Of a stretch of DNA of 39,585 bases, positions 26,219 through 34,171 are shown one piece after another. Below the pieces are notes generated by a model that was not told the DNA's origin, made no database searches, and saw nothing but the letters and a program-made list of their open reading frames with translations. The stretch is from IMG/VR virus record IMGVR_UViG_3300008255_000055, positions 1 through 39,585 of that record. The stretch is one strand, 5' to 3'. Source of the DNA: a virus. The position numbers and the translations under genes are program-made. The number at the start of each line of letters is the position of its first letter. Positions within the stretch are counted from its first letter, which is position 1.

Positions 26219-27202
26219 ATGAAAGTCTTATCATTATTTGATGGAATAAGTTGTGGAAGAATAGCACTTGAAAAATGTGGAATTGAAATAGAAAAATATT
26301 ATGCTTGTGAAATAAAACAAGATGCACTTATAGTTTCTAAAGATAATTACCCAGATATAATTCAATTAGGAGATGTTACAAAAGTAACCAAAGACGTTGT
26401 AGGGGGGGGTATAGATTTATTAATTGGTGGATCTCCTTGCCAATCATTTTCAAATGCTGGTAAGAGAGAAGGATTTGATGGTAAGTCAGGATTATTTTGG
26501 GAATATATTAGATTGCTAAAAGAAATAAAACCAAAATATTTTTTACTTGAAAATGTAAAAATGAAAAAAGAATGGGAAAATATTATAACTGATACATTAA
26601 AAGAAATATATCCTGATGTAAAAATGTATAATATAAATTCGCAATTAGTTTCAGCACAATTAAGAAATAGATTTTACTGGACTAATATATCAGGAATAGA
26701 ACAACCAAAAGATAAACAAATAAAATTACAATCTATTTTAGAAGATGGATATACAGAAAGAGAAAAATCTAGAGCTATATTAGAATCAGAAGGAGATAAT
26801 TGTGTTAATCCACAAAAAATTATAAGGAGAGTTATTGAAAAAGGATGGGGAACTATAGTCTATGATAGTGAAAAAACTTATTTAAGAATTAAAGAAGCAA
26901 CAAAAAAAGGGTATACAGACATAGGAATAAATGAAGGATTTGATTTAAGCTATCCAACATCAAAAACTAGACGTGGTAGAGCTATGAGAGACAAAATACA
27001 CACTATTATGGAATCACCACAAGAATATTATTTATTTGATGGTGAATCAATAAGATATTTTACTCAATTAGAATTAGAAAGATGCCAAACATTACCAGAA
27101 GGATATACTAAAATATTAAATAGAAATAAAGCAGCAAGAGTAATAGGTGATGGATGGACTGTTGATGTAATTGCACATATTTTTAGTTTTTTAAAAAAAT
27201 AA
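26219..27202 (+). CDS. DNA (cytosine-5) methyltransferase, orphan
   Basis: Motif I LFDGISCG, motif IV GGSPCQSFS, motif VI ENV, motif VIII QLRNRF, C-terminal GDGWTVDV. No adjacent restriction endonuclease is recognisable. Confidence 0.85.
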   Translation: MKVLSLFDGISCGRIALEKCGIEIEKYYACEIKQDALIVSKDNYPDIIQLGDVTKVTKDVVGGGIDLLIGGSPCQSFSNAGKREGFDGKSGLFWEYIRLLKEIKPKYFLLENVKMKKEWENIITDTLKEIYPDVKMYNINSQLVSAQLRNRFYWTNISGIEQPKDKQIKLQSILEDGYTEREKSRAILESEGDNCVNPQKIIRRVIEKGWGTIVYDSEKTYLRIKEATKKGYTDIGINEGFDLSYPTSKTRRGRAMRDKIHTIMESPQEYYLFDGESIRYFTQLELERCQTLPEGYTKILNRNKAARVIGDGWTVDVIAHIFSFLKK

Positions 27203-27260
27203 ACTGTGTATAACTATTTTAACCATTATAATATAAAGCTCAAAATCTGGACTTTTATAT

Positions 27261-27288
27261 TTGACATATCCTAACAGTTTGCTATCCT
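27261..27288 (+). promoter_or_regulatory. sigma70-like promoter candidate (TTGACA-16 nt-TATCCT)
   Basis: Perfect -35 hexamer; the -10 keeps A2 and T6. Lies upstream of gene 27340. Confidence 0.35.
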
Positions 27289-27339
27289 AATAGATAGGAG
27301 AGAAAACATTAATATAATCCTTTCCTAAAATATAGATTT

Positions 27340-27861
27340 ATGAAATCAACAAAAGTGTTCTATATGGGTAAACGTCTTAGAGATATATACCCACACGCTA
27401 CAGCTTGGCAAGTGTTTAAGTATAGGGTTCACAAGTTTTTAGAAAAAGTATTTATATTAGCATTAATAGTCGGAGCAGGTTATCTATTGTTTGAAGCAGG
27501 TGGATACTTTAATCCAAAAGAAGTAACACTACCACCAACACAGGTAATTAAAGAAGTAGAAATTGAAGCTCCGATATTAGATAGAATTGCAGATTGTGAA
27601 AGTGGTAAGAGAACTCCAGCAGGAAAAGGAGTTAAAGGATCTGCAAGACATTATGGGCCAAGTGGTCAGGTATTAATGACAGGAAATAATAATAAGTCAG
27701 TTGATGTAGGTAAGTATGCAATTAATTCTGTATGGTTTGCAAAAGCAACTGAACTTGGGTTAGATCTTACTAAAGAAGAAGATAACAAAGCAATGGCCAC
27801 ATGGATTTATAAGAATCGTGGCACAGGTGATTGGTCAGCATCTGAAAGTTGTTGGAGATAA
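27340..27861 (+). CDS. membrane-anchored Rpf / transglycosylase-like protein (paralog of 20816..21244)
   Basis: TM segment ILALIVGAGYLLF, then IADCESG ... DVGKYAINSVW ... GTGDWSASESCW, matching the Rpf-like pattern. Confidence 0.55.
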   Translation: MKSTKVFYMGKRLRDIYPHATAWQVFKYRVHKFLEKVFILALIVGAGYLLFEAGGYFNPKEVTLPPTQVIKEVEIEAPILDRIADCESGKRTPAGKGVKGSARHYGPSGQVLMTGNNNKSVDVGKYAINSVWFAKATELGLDLTKEEDNKAMATWIYKNRGTGDWSASESCWR

Positions 27862-27864
27862 TTT

Positions 27865-28080
27865 ATGAAAATAACAGATAAATTACAATATTTACAAGAT
27901 AAACATTTTAGTGAATGGCTAACAACATATAGACAAGTTAAAAATGAAGAATCTGATAAACAATCTATATTTTGTATTTGTGGTAGATTGGCAACAGGGT
28001 TACATGAAAATGGTTGTAGAAAATTTAGAAATAGAATTATTAGTATAACAGTAAAAAGATTAGAACATCTTATTAAATAA
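27865..28080 (+). CDS. hypothetical protein (71 aa)
   Basis: ORF tightly packed against its neighbours; contains C.CG...H..GC. Confidence 0.4.
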   Translation: MKITDKLQYLQDKHFSEWLTTYRQVKNEESDKQSIFCICGRLATGLHENGCRKFRNRIISITVKRLEHLIK

Positions 28081-28081
28081 A

Positions 28082-28225
28082 ATGAAGTACATTGTAAATT
28101 TTATTCTTATAGTTTTGGTTATAGATTTTATTGGATTTATGAGTTGGGTGGCATCTGGTCAATTCCCCCCAGATAGTTTCTTTATTGGAGCTATCACAAA
28201 ATTTATTATTAATTTATTTATATAA
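28082..28225 (+). CDS. small hydrophobic protein (47 aa), not in the ORF track
   Basis: Hand translation gives MKYIVNFILIVLVIDFIGFMSWVASGQFPPDSFFIGAITKFIINLFI. It fills a gap. Confidence 0.35.
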   Translation: MKYIVNFILIVLVIDFIGFMSWVASGQFPPDSFFIGAITKFIINLFI

Positions 28226-28226
28226 C

Positions 28227-28424
28227 ATGAAAGGATTTAGTGAGTGCTGTGATGCTTTAATAGTCAATGGTTTCTGTGCAGACTGTGGCGAGCATGCAGA
28301 AGCACAAAAATTTGATTGTGAAATATGTGAAGATACTGGAGAAATAGGATGCATGGAAGCAGTTTATCCAGGAGAACCACACATGGCGAATGTCGGAACG
28401 CAAAAGTGTGAATGTAGATTATAA
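28227..28424 (+). CDS. small Cys-rich (DnaJ-type CxxCxGxG-like) zinc-finger protein
   Basis: The ATG at 28227 is preferred over the TTG at 28185. Contains CADCGEH, CEICEDTGEIGC and CEC. Confidence 0.45.
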   Translation: MKGFSECCDALIVNGFCADCGEHAEAQKFDCEICEDTGEIGCMEAVYPGEPHMANVGTQKCECRL

Positions 28425-28438
28425 TTAATTAAACAAAC

Positions 28439-29140
28439 ATGAGTAACTTAGAAATAATAACAAAAGAGATAAATACAGAACTTCAAAAACAAGAGATCCA
28501 AAATGTTTTACTTAGTACAACATTTAAGGGATTGAGTTTAGCAAACATGAAAACAGCTATGTTTGAAGGAATGTCTAGAGGGTTTAGTTTTAAAGATTTT
28601 TTAGAAAAGAATATATACGCAATTCCTTATGGTAATGGATACTCATTGATAAACTCAATAGACTATTCCAGGAAGATAGGAATGAGAAGTGGAGTAGTTG
28701 GAGTATCAGAACCAACTTATGAAATGGATGGTGATACTATAATCAGTTGTTCTATTATAGTTAAAAGAAAGATTGATGGTTATATTGGAGAATTTGCTGC
28801 TAAGGTATATTTCAAAGAATATACAACAGGTAGAAATCTATGGGTATCAAAACCAAGAACCATGATAGCTAAAGTTGCAGAAATGCATGCGTTACGTAAA
28901 GCTTGTCCTGAAGAATTAGCACAAGTTTATGTTGAAGAAGAAATGCAGAAAGAGACACAATCAACAGAAGTAGTTATAGATCCTACATGGGTAAAAGAAA
29001 TTGAAGCAATAACTTCACTTGTAGAATTATCAAATTATTATAAAAATAATAAAGGTAAGGGTAAGGAATTTGATAAACTAATTATTAATCGTAAGAAAGT
29101 CCTAGAGCAAGGATTAAAAAAAGATGATAAAAATTCATAA
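28439..29140 (+). CDS. recT: RecT-family single-strand annealing protein
   Basis: NLWVSKPRTMIAKVAEMHALRKACPEEL is typical of RecT, and it is paired with a YqaJ exonuclease. Confidence 0.75.
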   Translation: MSNLEIITKEINTELQKQEIQNVLLSTTFKGLSLANMKTAMFEGMSRGFSFKDFLEKNIYAIPYGNGYSLINSIDYSRKIGMRSGVVGVSEPTYEMDGDTIISCSIIVKRKIDGYIGEFAAKVYFKEYTTGRNLWVSKPRTMIAKVAEMHALRKACPEELAQVYVEEEMQKETQSTEVVIDPTWVKEIEAITSLVELSNYYKNNKGKGKEFDKLIINRKKVLEQGLKKDDKNS

Positions 29141-29753
29141 TGTAGATCAGCAATCTGAAGAATGGTTTGAATTGAAAAAGAAGTATCCACTTTCAGCCAG
29201 TCATGCAGATGCAATAGGAACTGGTGGAGTGGGCCTGGAGACAATTTGTTATAAAGCAGTAAGTGAATTATATTCAGCAAATCCAATTGTAAAAGAAAAC
29301 TTTTCAAATGATCAGACAAGTAGGGGTAATGAGTTTGAACCACTAGCTGCTGAAATATATGAAATGGAGACTGAAACAAAACTTGGATTAGTTGGATTTG
29401 TAACAAATGATGAAATATCTCAATATGGTGGAGCAAGTCCTGATAGAGAAGTTTTAGATTCAGATGGTTTAGTTGAGATAAAAGCTTTTGAAGATCATAA
29501 ACATTTAAAGATGATTAATGATTTTAAAAAGACAGGTAAGTTTGAAATAGAGAAAGGATATATTTGGCAGATGAACCAGCAAATGTTATTTACAGGAAAG
29601 AAATGGGTAGATTTTGCAGCATTTAATCCTAACTTTAAACAGTCATTATTGATCCAAAGGGTGTACCCAGATCCAGTAATGCAGGAGAAGTTAAGAATTG
29701 GTTTGAAAAAAGGCGATAATCTTATTAATGAAACAATAAATAATATAAAATAA
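29124..29753 (+). CDS. YqaJ / lambda-Exo-like 5'-3' exonuclease
   Basis: QQSEEWFELKK..., GASPD..., VEIKA motifs, overlap-coupled to recT. Confidence 0.75.
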   Translation: MIKIHNVDQQSEEWFELKKKYPLSASHADAIGTGGVGLETICYKAVSELYSANPIVKENFSNDQTSRGNEFEPLAAEIYEMETETKLGLVGFVTNDEISQYGGASPDREVLDSDGLVEIKAFEDHKHLKMINDFKKTGKFEIEKGYIWQMNQQMLFTGKKWVDFAAFNPNFKQSLLIQRVYPDPVMQEKLRIGLKKGDNLINETINNIK

Positions 29754-29757
29754 TTTT

Positions 29758-30639
29758 ATGGATGAACAAGAATTAGTAAAATTTGATAGAACTGAAGCAG
29801 AATTAAAAGCTATAGTAGCTGAAACTGCATCAATCGTTGAAGTAAACATAGACAACAAAGAAGAAATTAAGAAGGTTAAAGAAGCTAGAATCGCTATTGG
29901 TAAGGTTATAACTGCTATTGAAGAATTTGGTTTAAATAAAAGAAGTTTTTTTACTGAAATCAATAGAAAAATAATGGCAAGACAAAAGGAATTGATAGCA
30001 ATCCTAGAACCTGAAAAAGATAGATTAAAGGCTTTTGAAGAAGAAGCAAAACAAAAACAAGAAATAGCAGATCGTCTGTTAGTTCTACCAGAAAGAAAAA
30101 ATCAATTAGCAGGGATAGGAGATGGTATAGAAGTTACAGATGAGTTTATTCTATCTATGGGTTCTGAAGAATTTGCTGATTATGTAACTGTAAGAAAAAC
30201 AGATTATCTAATTGCTAGAGAAGCAAAGATAAAAGAAACTGAAGATAAAATAGCTAGAGAAAAAGAGATTGAAGAAGAAAAAAAGAAAGCTAGAGAAGAA
30301 GAAGCTGAAAAAGCTAAAAGAGATATTGAATTAGCTAAAGAAAAAGCTGAACTTGAAAAGCAAGAAGCTTTAAGGAAGGCAGAAAAAGAAAAGCAGGATA
30401 TTATTGATGAAAATAATAGAAAAGAAGCTGCTAGAGTAAAAGCTGAAGAAGATAAGAAAAGAGAAGAAGAAGAAAAGGCTAGATTGGAAATAGAAGAACA
30501 AGCAAAGCTAGAAGCAGATAAGTTATACCAAAATTGGTTAAAGGAAATTGGTTATGAAGGTGAAGGTCAGGGTATAGTTCTCAAGGACATGGGCGATCAT
30601 GTACTTGCTTATAAGTTTATTAGTAAATTTAACAAATAA
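29758..30639 (+). CDS. coiled-coil, Lys/Glu-rich protein (DUF1351-like?)
   Basis: 293 aa with a long EEKKKAREEEAEKAKR-type region. Its position between exo and ssb matches some Gram-positive phages. Confidence 0.3.
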   Translation: MDEQELVKFDRTEAELKAIVAETASIVEVNIDNKEEIKKVKEARIAIGKVITAIEEFGLNKRSFFTEINRKIMARQKELIAILEPEKDRLKAFEEEAKQKQEIADRLLVLPERKNQLAGIGDGIEVTDEFILSMGSEEFADYVTVRKTDYLIAREAKIKETEDKIAREKEIEEEKKKAREEEAEKAKRDIELAKEKAELEKQEALRKAEKEKQDIIDENNRKEAARVKAEEDKKREEEEKARLEIEEQAKLEADKLYQNWLKEIGYEGEGQGIVLKDMGDHVLAYKFISKFNK

Positions 30640-30644
30640 AATAT

Positions 30645-31097
30645 ATGTATCTAAACAAAGCAATCTTAGTAGGAAATCTAACAAGAGATCCTGAATTAAA
30701 AGCAATAACAGGTGGTAATAAGGTTTGTACTTTCAGTTTAGCAACAAATCGTGTTTATAAAGATTCAAATGGCGTACGTCAGGAGAAAACTGATTATCAT
30801 AACATTGTTGTTTGGGGTAAGACAGCAGAAAATGTTGCAACTTACATGAAGAAAGGAAGTAGTATTTTAGTAGAAGGTCGTATGGAAACTAGATCATGGG
30901 ATGATGCAAAGTCTGGTGAAAAGAAATATCGTACAGAAGTTATTGCCGATACAATTCAGTTTGGTAATACTCCAGGTAATACACAATCTAAGCCAGCTCA
31001 AGCAGCACCAGCAAAAACTTCAGAACCAAAACAAGAAAGTATTGATACACTAGAGTATCCTGAAGAAGAAATTAATGCAGAAGACATTCCATTTTGA
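30645..31097 (+). CDS. ssb: single-stranded DNA-binding protein
   Basis: OB-fold N-terminus (NKAILVGNLTRDPEL...) and an acidic C-terminal tail ending in DIPF. Confidence 0.9.
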   Translation: MYLNKAILVGNLTRDPELKAITGGNKVCTFSLATNRVYKDSNGVRQEKTDYHNIVVWGKTAENVATYMKKGSSILVEGRMETRSWDDAKSGEKKYRTEVIADTIQFGNTPGNTQSKPAQAAPAKTSEPKQESIDTLEYPEEEINAEDIPF

Positions 31098-31125
31098 TAC
31101 CTTTCTAGCATTTTAATACCATTTA

Positions 31126-31566
31126 ATGTATAATAAGGGTATGAATAAAAAATGTTATAGATGTAAAAAAATAAAATCAGTAGAGAATTTTTATAAAAAT
31201 AGTAATTTATCAGATGGATATTTTGGTAAGTGTAAACTATGCTATAGAAATGATGTAAAAGAAAATTATAGAAAAAATATAGATCACTATATTAATTATG
31301 AAAAAGAAAGATTTAAAAATCCTGAAAGAAAAGAACAAATAATAAAATATCAACAAAAACGTAGAAATACATTTAAGGGTAAAAATATAGCAAGACAAAA
31401 AGTAAATAATGCCATAAGAAGTGGAGTATTAGTTAAGCTACCATGTGAAGAATGTGGAAATATTAAAACTGAAGCCCATCATCCTGATTATCGTAGCCCA
31501 TTAAAAGTTAAATGGTTATGTCGTAAACACCATCTTGAATTACATAATAAAAAATTTTATGGATAA
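31126..31566 (+). CDS. Zn-ribbon protein with C-terminal C..C...AHHPDY...WLC..HH..H motif (HNH-like)
   Basis: CYRCKK, CKLC, CEECG...EAHHPDYRSPLKVKWLCRKHHLELH. Confidence 0.4.
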   Translation: MYNKGMNKKCYRCKKIKSVENFYKNSNLSDGYFGKCKLCYRNDVKENYRKNIDHYINYEKERFKNPERKEQIIKYQQKRRNTFKGKNIARQKVNNAIRSGVLVKLPCEECGNIKTEAHHPDYRSPLKVKWLCRKHHLELHNKKFYG

Positions 31567-31894
31567 AGAAGAAAGACAAAGGACTTTATTACAGAATCGT
31601 GCCTTACACAAAGGTTTTCAAGAGATTGCTGATATTCTAGTAGAGAATGGTGTATCACTACAAAAAGCTTTTAAAGATTTAGAAATAAGGCCAACAAAAG
31701 AAAGTATTAAAAGTATTTTTCGCCAGGTGGCAAACGCAAAGTTTGAAGTAACAAGCACAACAGAACTTACAACAAAACAAATTGATCAAGTCTGGGAAGA
31801 TGTTACAAAAGCATTATCAGAAAATACAGGTGTTTACTTTCCATTTCCAAGTTACGAACAAACCGATAGTTATATTAATTCATTTAAACAATAA
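31559..31894 (+). CDS. NinB-like recombination mediator candidate
   Basis: RTLLQNRALHKGFQEIADIL parallels lambda NinB RSLDQNRKLWACLGDVS. The ATG at 31559 is preferred over 31535. Confidence 0.4.
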   Translation: MDKEERQRTLLQNRALHKGFQEIADILVENGVSLQKAFKDLEIRPTKESIKSIFRQVANAKFEVTSTTELTTKQIDQVWEDVTKALSENTGVYFPFPSYEQTDSYINSFKQ

Positions 31895-31898
31895 TTAT

Positions 31899-32189
31899 AT
31901 GTTAACTCAAAAACAAAAAGATAATCTCCAGGAGAAAAGAACAAGGTATACCAACATGGTTAAACCAGACAGAAAGTATACCAGCGAAGAAATAGTTTTA
32001 AACTTTCTAGCTGAATTTCCTGATGTATGGTTTTATACTTGGGATCTAGCTGGTAATACAAAATGGGGTTTCCTATCCCATGCTACTCATGCAACACTAA
32101 GGAAAGCAGAACAGAAAGGATTAATTATTAAGGATTATGTAGGTAAGTATGTGGTCTATACTCACAAGAATAAGGAAACTTTATTTTAG
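31899..32189 (+). CDS. hypothetical protein (96 aa), possibly winged-helix
   Basis: The ATG at 31899 lies just after the upstream stop. The ORF-track extension from 31782 overlaps the previous gene. Confidence 0.4.
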   Translation: MLTQKQKDNLQEKRTRYTNMVKPDRKYTSEEIVLNFLAEFPDVWFYTWDLAGNTKWGFLSHATHATLRKAEQKGLIIKDYVGKYVVYTHKNKETLF

Positions 32190-32191
32190 TT

Positions 32192-32392
32192 ATGGCACAA
32201 ATACAGAATTATAATAAAACATGCCCAGATTGTAATGGTGAACCATATAAAATTGTTGGTTATAAAAGATTATTATTTTTTGGTAAGATTCCAGTTTTAA
32301 AAAAGATTTGTTTTAAATGTACATTAGGAATTATAAAACCAAAACAAATAATATTATCACCTTATAAAAAAGAACCTATAATTATTTATTAA
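32192..32392 (+). CDS. small Zn-ribbon protein
   Basis: CPDCNG ... CFKC. Confidence 0.45.
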   Translation: MAQIQNYNKTCPDCNGEPYKIVGYKRLLFFGKIPVLKKICFKCTLGIIKPKQIILSPYKKEPIIIY

Positions 32393-32394
32393 AT

Positions 32395-32526
32395 ATGAAA
32401 ACAGAAAAAGAAATAATCAAAGAGCATTATAGTAAACTCGGTAAAAGAAGTTTAAAAACAATGACGAAAGAGCAAAGGTCGGATAGAGCTAAAAAAGCTA
32501 ACAAGGCTAGATGGGCCAAAAAATAA
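32395..32526 (+). CDS. small basic protein (43 aa), not in the ORF track
   Basis: Hand translation gives MKTEKEIIKEHYSKLGKRSLKTMTKEQRSDRAKKANKARWAKK. It exactly fills the gap. Confidence 0.4.
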   Translation: MKTEKEIIKEHYSKLGKRSLKTMTKEQRSDRAKKANKARWAKK

Positions 32527-32527
32527 T

Positions 32528-32848
32528 ATGAGTTACTTTTGGGAAAAAGATAGACAAAATTTAGATCTTCCAAAAACTGCTGATCGTAGGATTAAACTTA
32601 CACCTGAAGATAAAGAACAAATAATTTACTTGTATAAATCTTCAGGACTACCTATTAGAGAGATTGCACGTCAGTATGAAAGCAAGTGTTCAAGACGTAC
32701 AATTCAGTTTGTTTTATTTCCTGAAAGACTAGCTACAGTAAATTATAAAGGCCATTGGAAAAAGTATTATGACAAAGAACGTAATACAAAGGCAGTAAGA
32801 GAATGGAGAAGATATAAAACTGAAGTATTATTACCTAGTAAAATATAA
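32528..32848 (+). CDS. HTH-containing protein
   Basis: SSGLPIREIARQYESKCSRRTIQ looks like a helix-turn-helix. Confidence 0.4.
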   Translation: MSYFWEKDRQNLDLPKTADRRIKLTPEDKEQIIYLYKSSGLPIREIARQYESKCSRRTIQFVLFPERLATVNYKGHWKKYYDKERNTKAVREWRRYKTEVLLPSKI

Positions 32849-32852
32849 TTTT

Positions 32853-33116
32853 ATGGTTAAAACAGAATCAATGGATAAAACAGAAAAAATTAAAGGTCAT
32901 AAACATTTTATAGAAATTACAGCTTATCTTTGTGGAATTTTAGATAGTTATAATGCTACTAAATTCACTACTACATTAGAGAATGTTTATAGTCAAGAAA
33001 AAGTTTTGGGTAATTATAAGATAACTATTGAAAAGTTGAGTGATCCAGTAAGTTTATTAGGTGAAGGTCTAAAGGTCGTGGAAGAAGATGGTAAACATGT
33101 AATAGTTAAAAAATAA
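32853..33116 (+). CDS. hypothetical protein (87 aa)
   Basis: ORF tightly packed against its neighbours. Confidence 0.4.
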   Translation: MVKTESMDKTEKIKGHKHFIEITAYLCGILDSYNATKFTTTLENVYSQEKVLGNYKITIEKLSDPVSLLGEGLKVVEEDGKHVIVKK

Positions 33117-33117
33117 T

Positions 33118-33288
33118 ATGGATAAAAAAGATATTTGGAAAACAAATAAATTTGCTATACAATGGAAAAATAAACTAGCAAATAAGGAAGATAGATCAGT
33201 AAGAGTAGATAGGTTTTGGGGGAATGTTATTATGTGTTGTTACATTTTATTAGTTGTCGGATGGTTTATTTGGTTGTATAATATATAA
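33118..33288 (+). CDS. small C-terminally membrane-anchored protein (56 aa), not in the ORF track
   Basis: Hand translation gives MDKKDIWKTNKFAIQWKNKLANKEDRSVRVDRFWGNVIMCCYILLVVGWFIWLYNI. Confidence 0.35.
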   Translation: MDKKDIWKTNKFAIQWKNKLANKEDRSVRVDRFWGNVIMCCYILLVVGWFIWLYNI

Positions 33289-33291
33289 TAT

Positions 33292-33444
33292 ATGAGCAAA
33301 AAAAATAATGCAGTAAATTCAAGTTCTTATGATCATCTTATATCCTTAATCGGTGATAAGGTAAAAGTAATGGATTTAGAAGTCAGGGGTAAATGGTTGG
33401 TCGCCCATTTATCAAGTGGTATTAAATTTTGGGTATTAAATTAA
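33292..33444 (+). CDS. small hypothetical protein (50 aa), not in the ORF track
   Basis: Hand translation gives MSKKNNAVNSSSYDHLISLIGDKVKVMDLEVRGKWLVAHLSSGIKFWVLN. Confidence 0.3.
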   Translation: MSKKNNAVNSSSYDHLISLIGDKVKVMDLEVRGKWLVAHLSSGIKFWVLN

Positions 33445-33679
33445 TTATGAAAAGAAATATAATTTTGTTAGCATCATTAGCGTTCTTTATTTGTAAAGCA
33501 GTAATTATTTACTAATATGGAAAAACTATTTGATTTATTGAAAGCATTTAGCTTTCTAGTTGGGGTAGGTGTTTTATTACATTATTATGCTTTTGCAATT
33601 TCCTGGGGAATAAGGAAAGGTCAAGCAAAAGTAAAAATAAATGATATTAATTTGAACATTAATAACATTAAAGAATAAA

Positions 33680-34015
33680 ATGGAACAAAAATTAAAAGAA
33701 ACTTATTGTTATAACCATAAAGGTATAAGCGTATTTGTAAAGGTAGACTATAGGAATAATCGTATAGATCTAGTAGAACCAAAATGTGATGGTGCAACAA
33801 ACTTTAAACTAAAACAATGGATGTTTGGTAACAGGGGAGTTGAATATGTTAATGGATGGTTATTGATTTTAGAAGCTATGGGAGAAGCCATGAAGGATGC
33901 TAAGAAGAAGATGGAAAAAAATCTTGCTGAAACATCTAAGTTTAAAGATAATCTTGTTAGAAATGTTATGGAGAAAATAGGTAGTGAGTTAAAAAAGGAA
34001 TTAAAAAAGAAGTAA
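33680..34015 (+). CDS. hypothetical protein (111 aa)
   Basis: Last ORF of the early block, followed by a strong terminator. Confidence 0.45.
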   Translation: MEQKLKETYCYNHKGISVFVKVDYRNNRIDLVEPKCDGATNFKLKQWMFGNRGVEYVNGWLLILEAMGEAMKDAKKKMEKNLAETSKFKDNLVRNVMEKIGSELKKELKKK

Positions 34016-34054
34016 AAGTGAACTGGAACAGGGGTTAAACCACACTTCCAGTAC

Positions 34055-34106
34055 AAAAACAGACTGTAGGTCGCTTTAAAAGCCACTTATGGTCTGTTTT
34101 TTGTTG
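34055..34106 (+). terminator. strong rho-independent terminator ending the early/replication block
   Basis: 14-bp stem AAAAACAGACTGTA / TATGGTCTGTTTTT (2 G-U pairs), followed by a T-run. Preceded by a 7-bp hairpin at 34022-34052. Confidence 0.75.
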
Positions 34107-34123
34107 TATTGCATTATTAAAAA

Positions 34124-34132
34124 TGGTATAAT
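34124..34132 (+). promoter_or_regulatory. extended -10 promoter box TGgTATAAT (late/packaging operon)
   Basis: ttgttgtattg...aaaaTGGTATAATtata is nearly identical to the box at 39326-39358. Confidence 0.55.
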
Positions 34133-34171
34133 TATATATATAACTTAATATCTTATTTTTTTACAATCAAC

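Noticed and set aside
30645-31097. TGA recoding (genetic code 4 or 25), considered because of low GC and a possible candidate-phyla host
   Set aside because: SSB ends with the canonical DIPF tail followed directly by TGA. Other TGA stops sit at ATGA-type gene junctions. Long ORFs are intact under code 11.
33447-33497. A tiny ORF, MKRNIILLASLGVLYL (16 aa)
   Set aside because: It is too short and has no supporting context. My first reading of it as a longer ORF was a mis-split of the sequence.
21922-34015. A lysogeny module (integrase, CI/Cro-type repressor, attP)
   Set aside because: No tyrosine- or serine-recombinase-like ORF is present. The only HTH proteins (32528-32848 and TerS) do not form a divergent repressor pair. 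The tRNAs are complete genes rather than att fragments.
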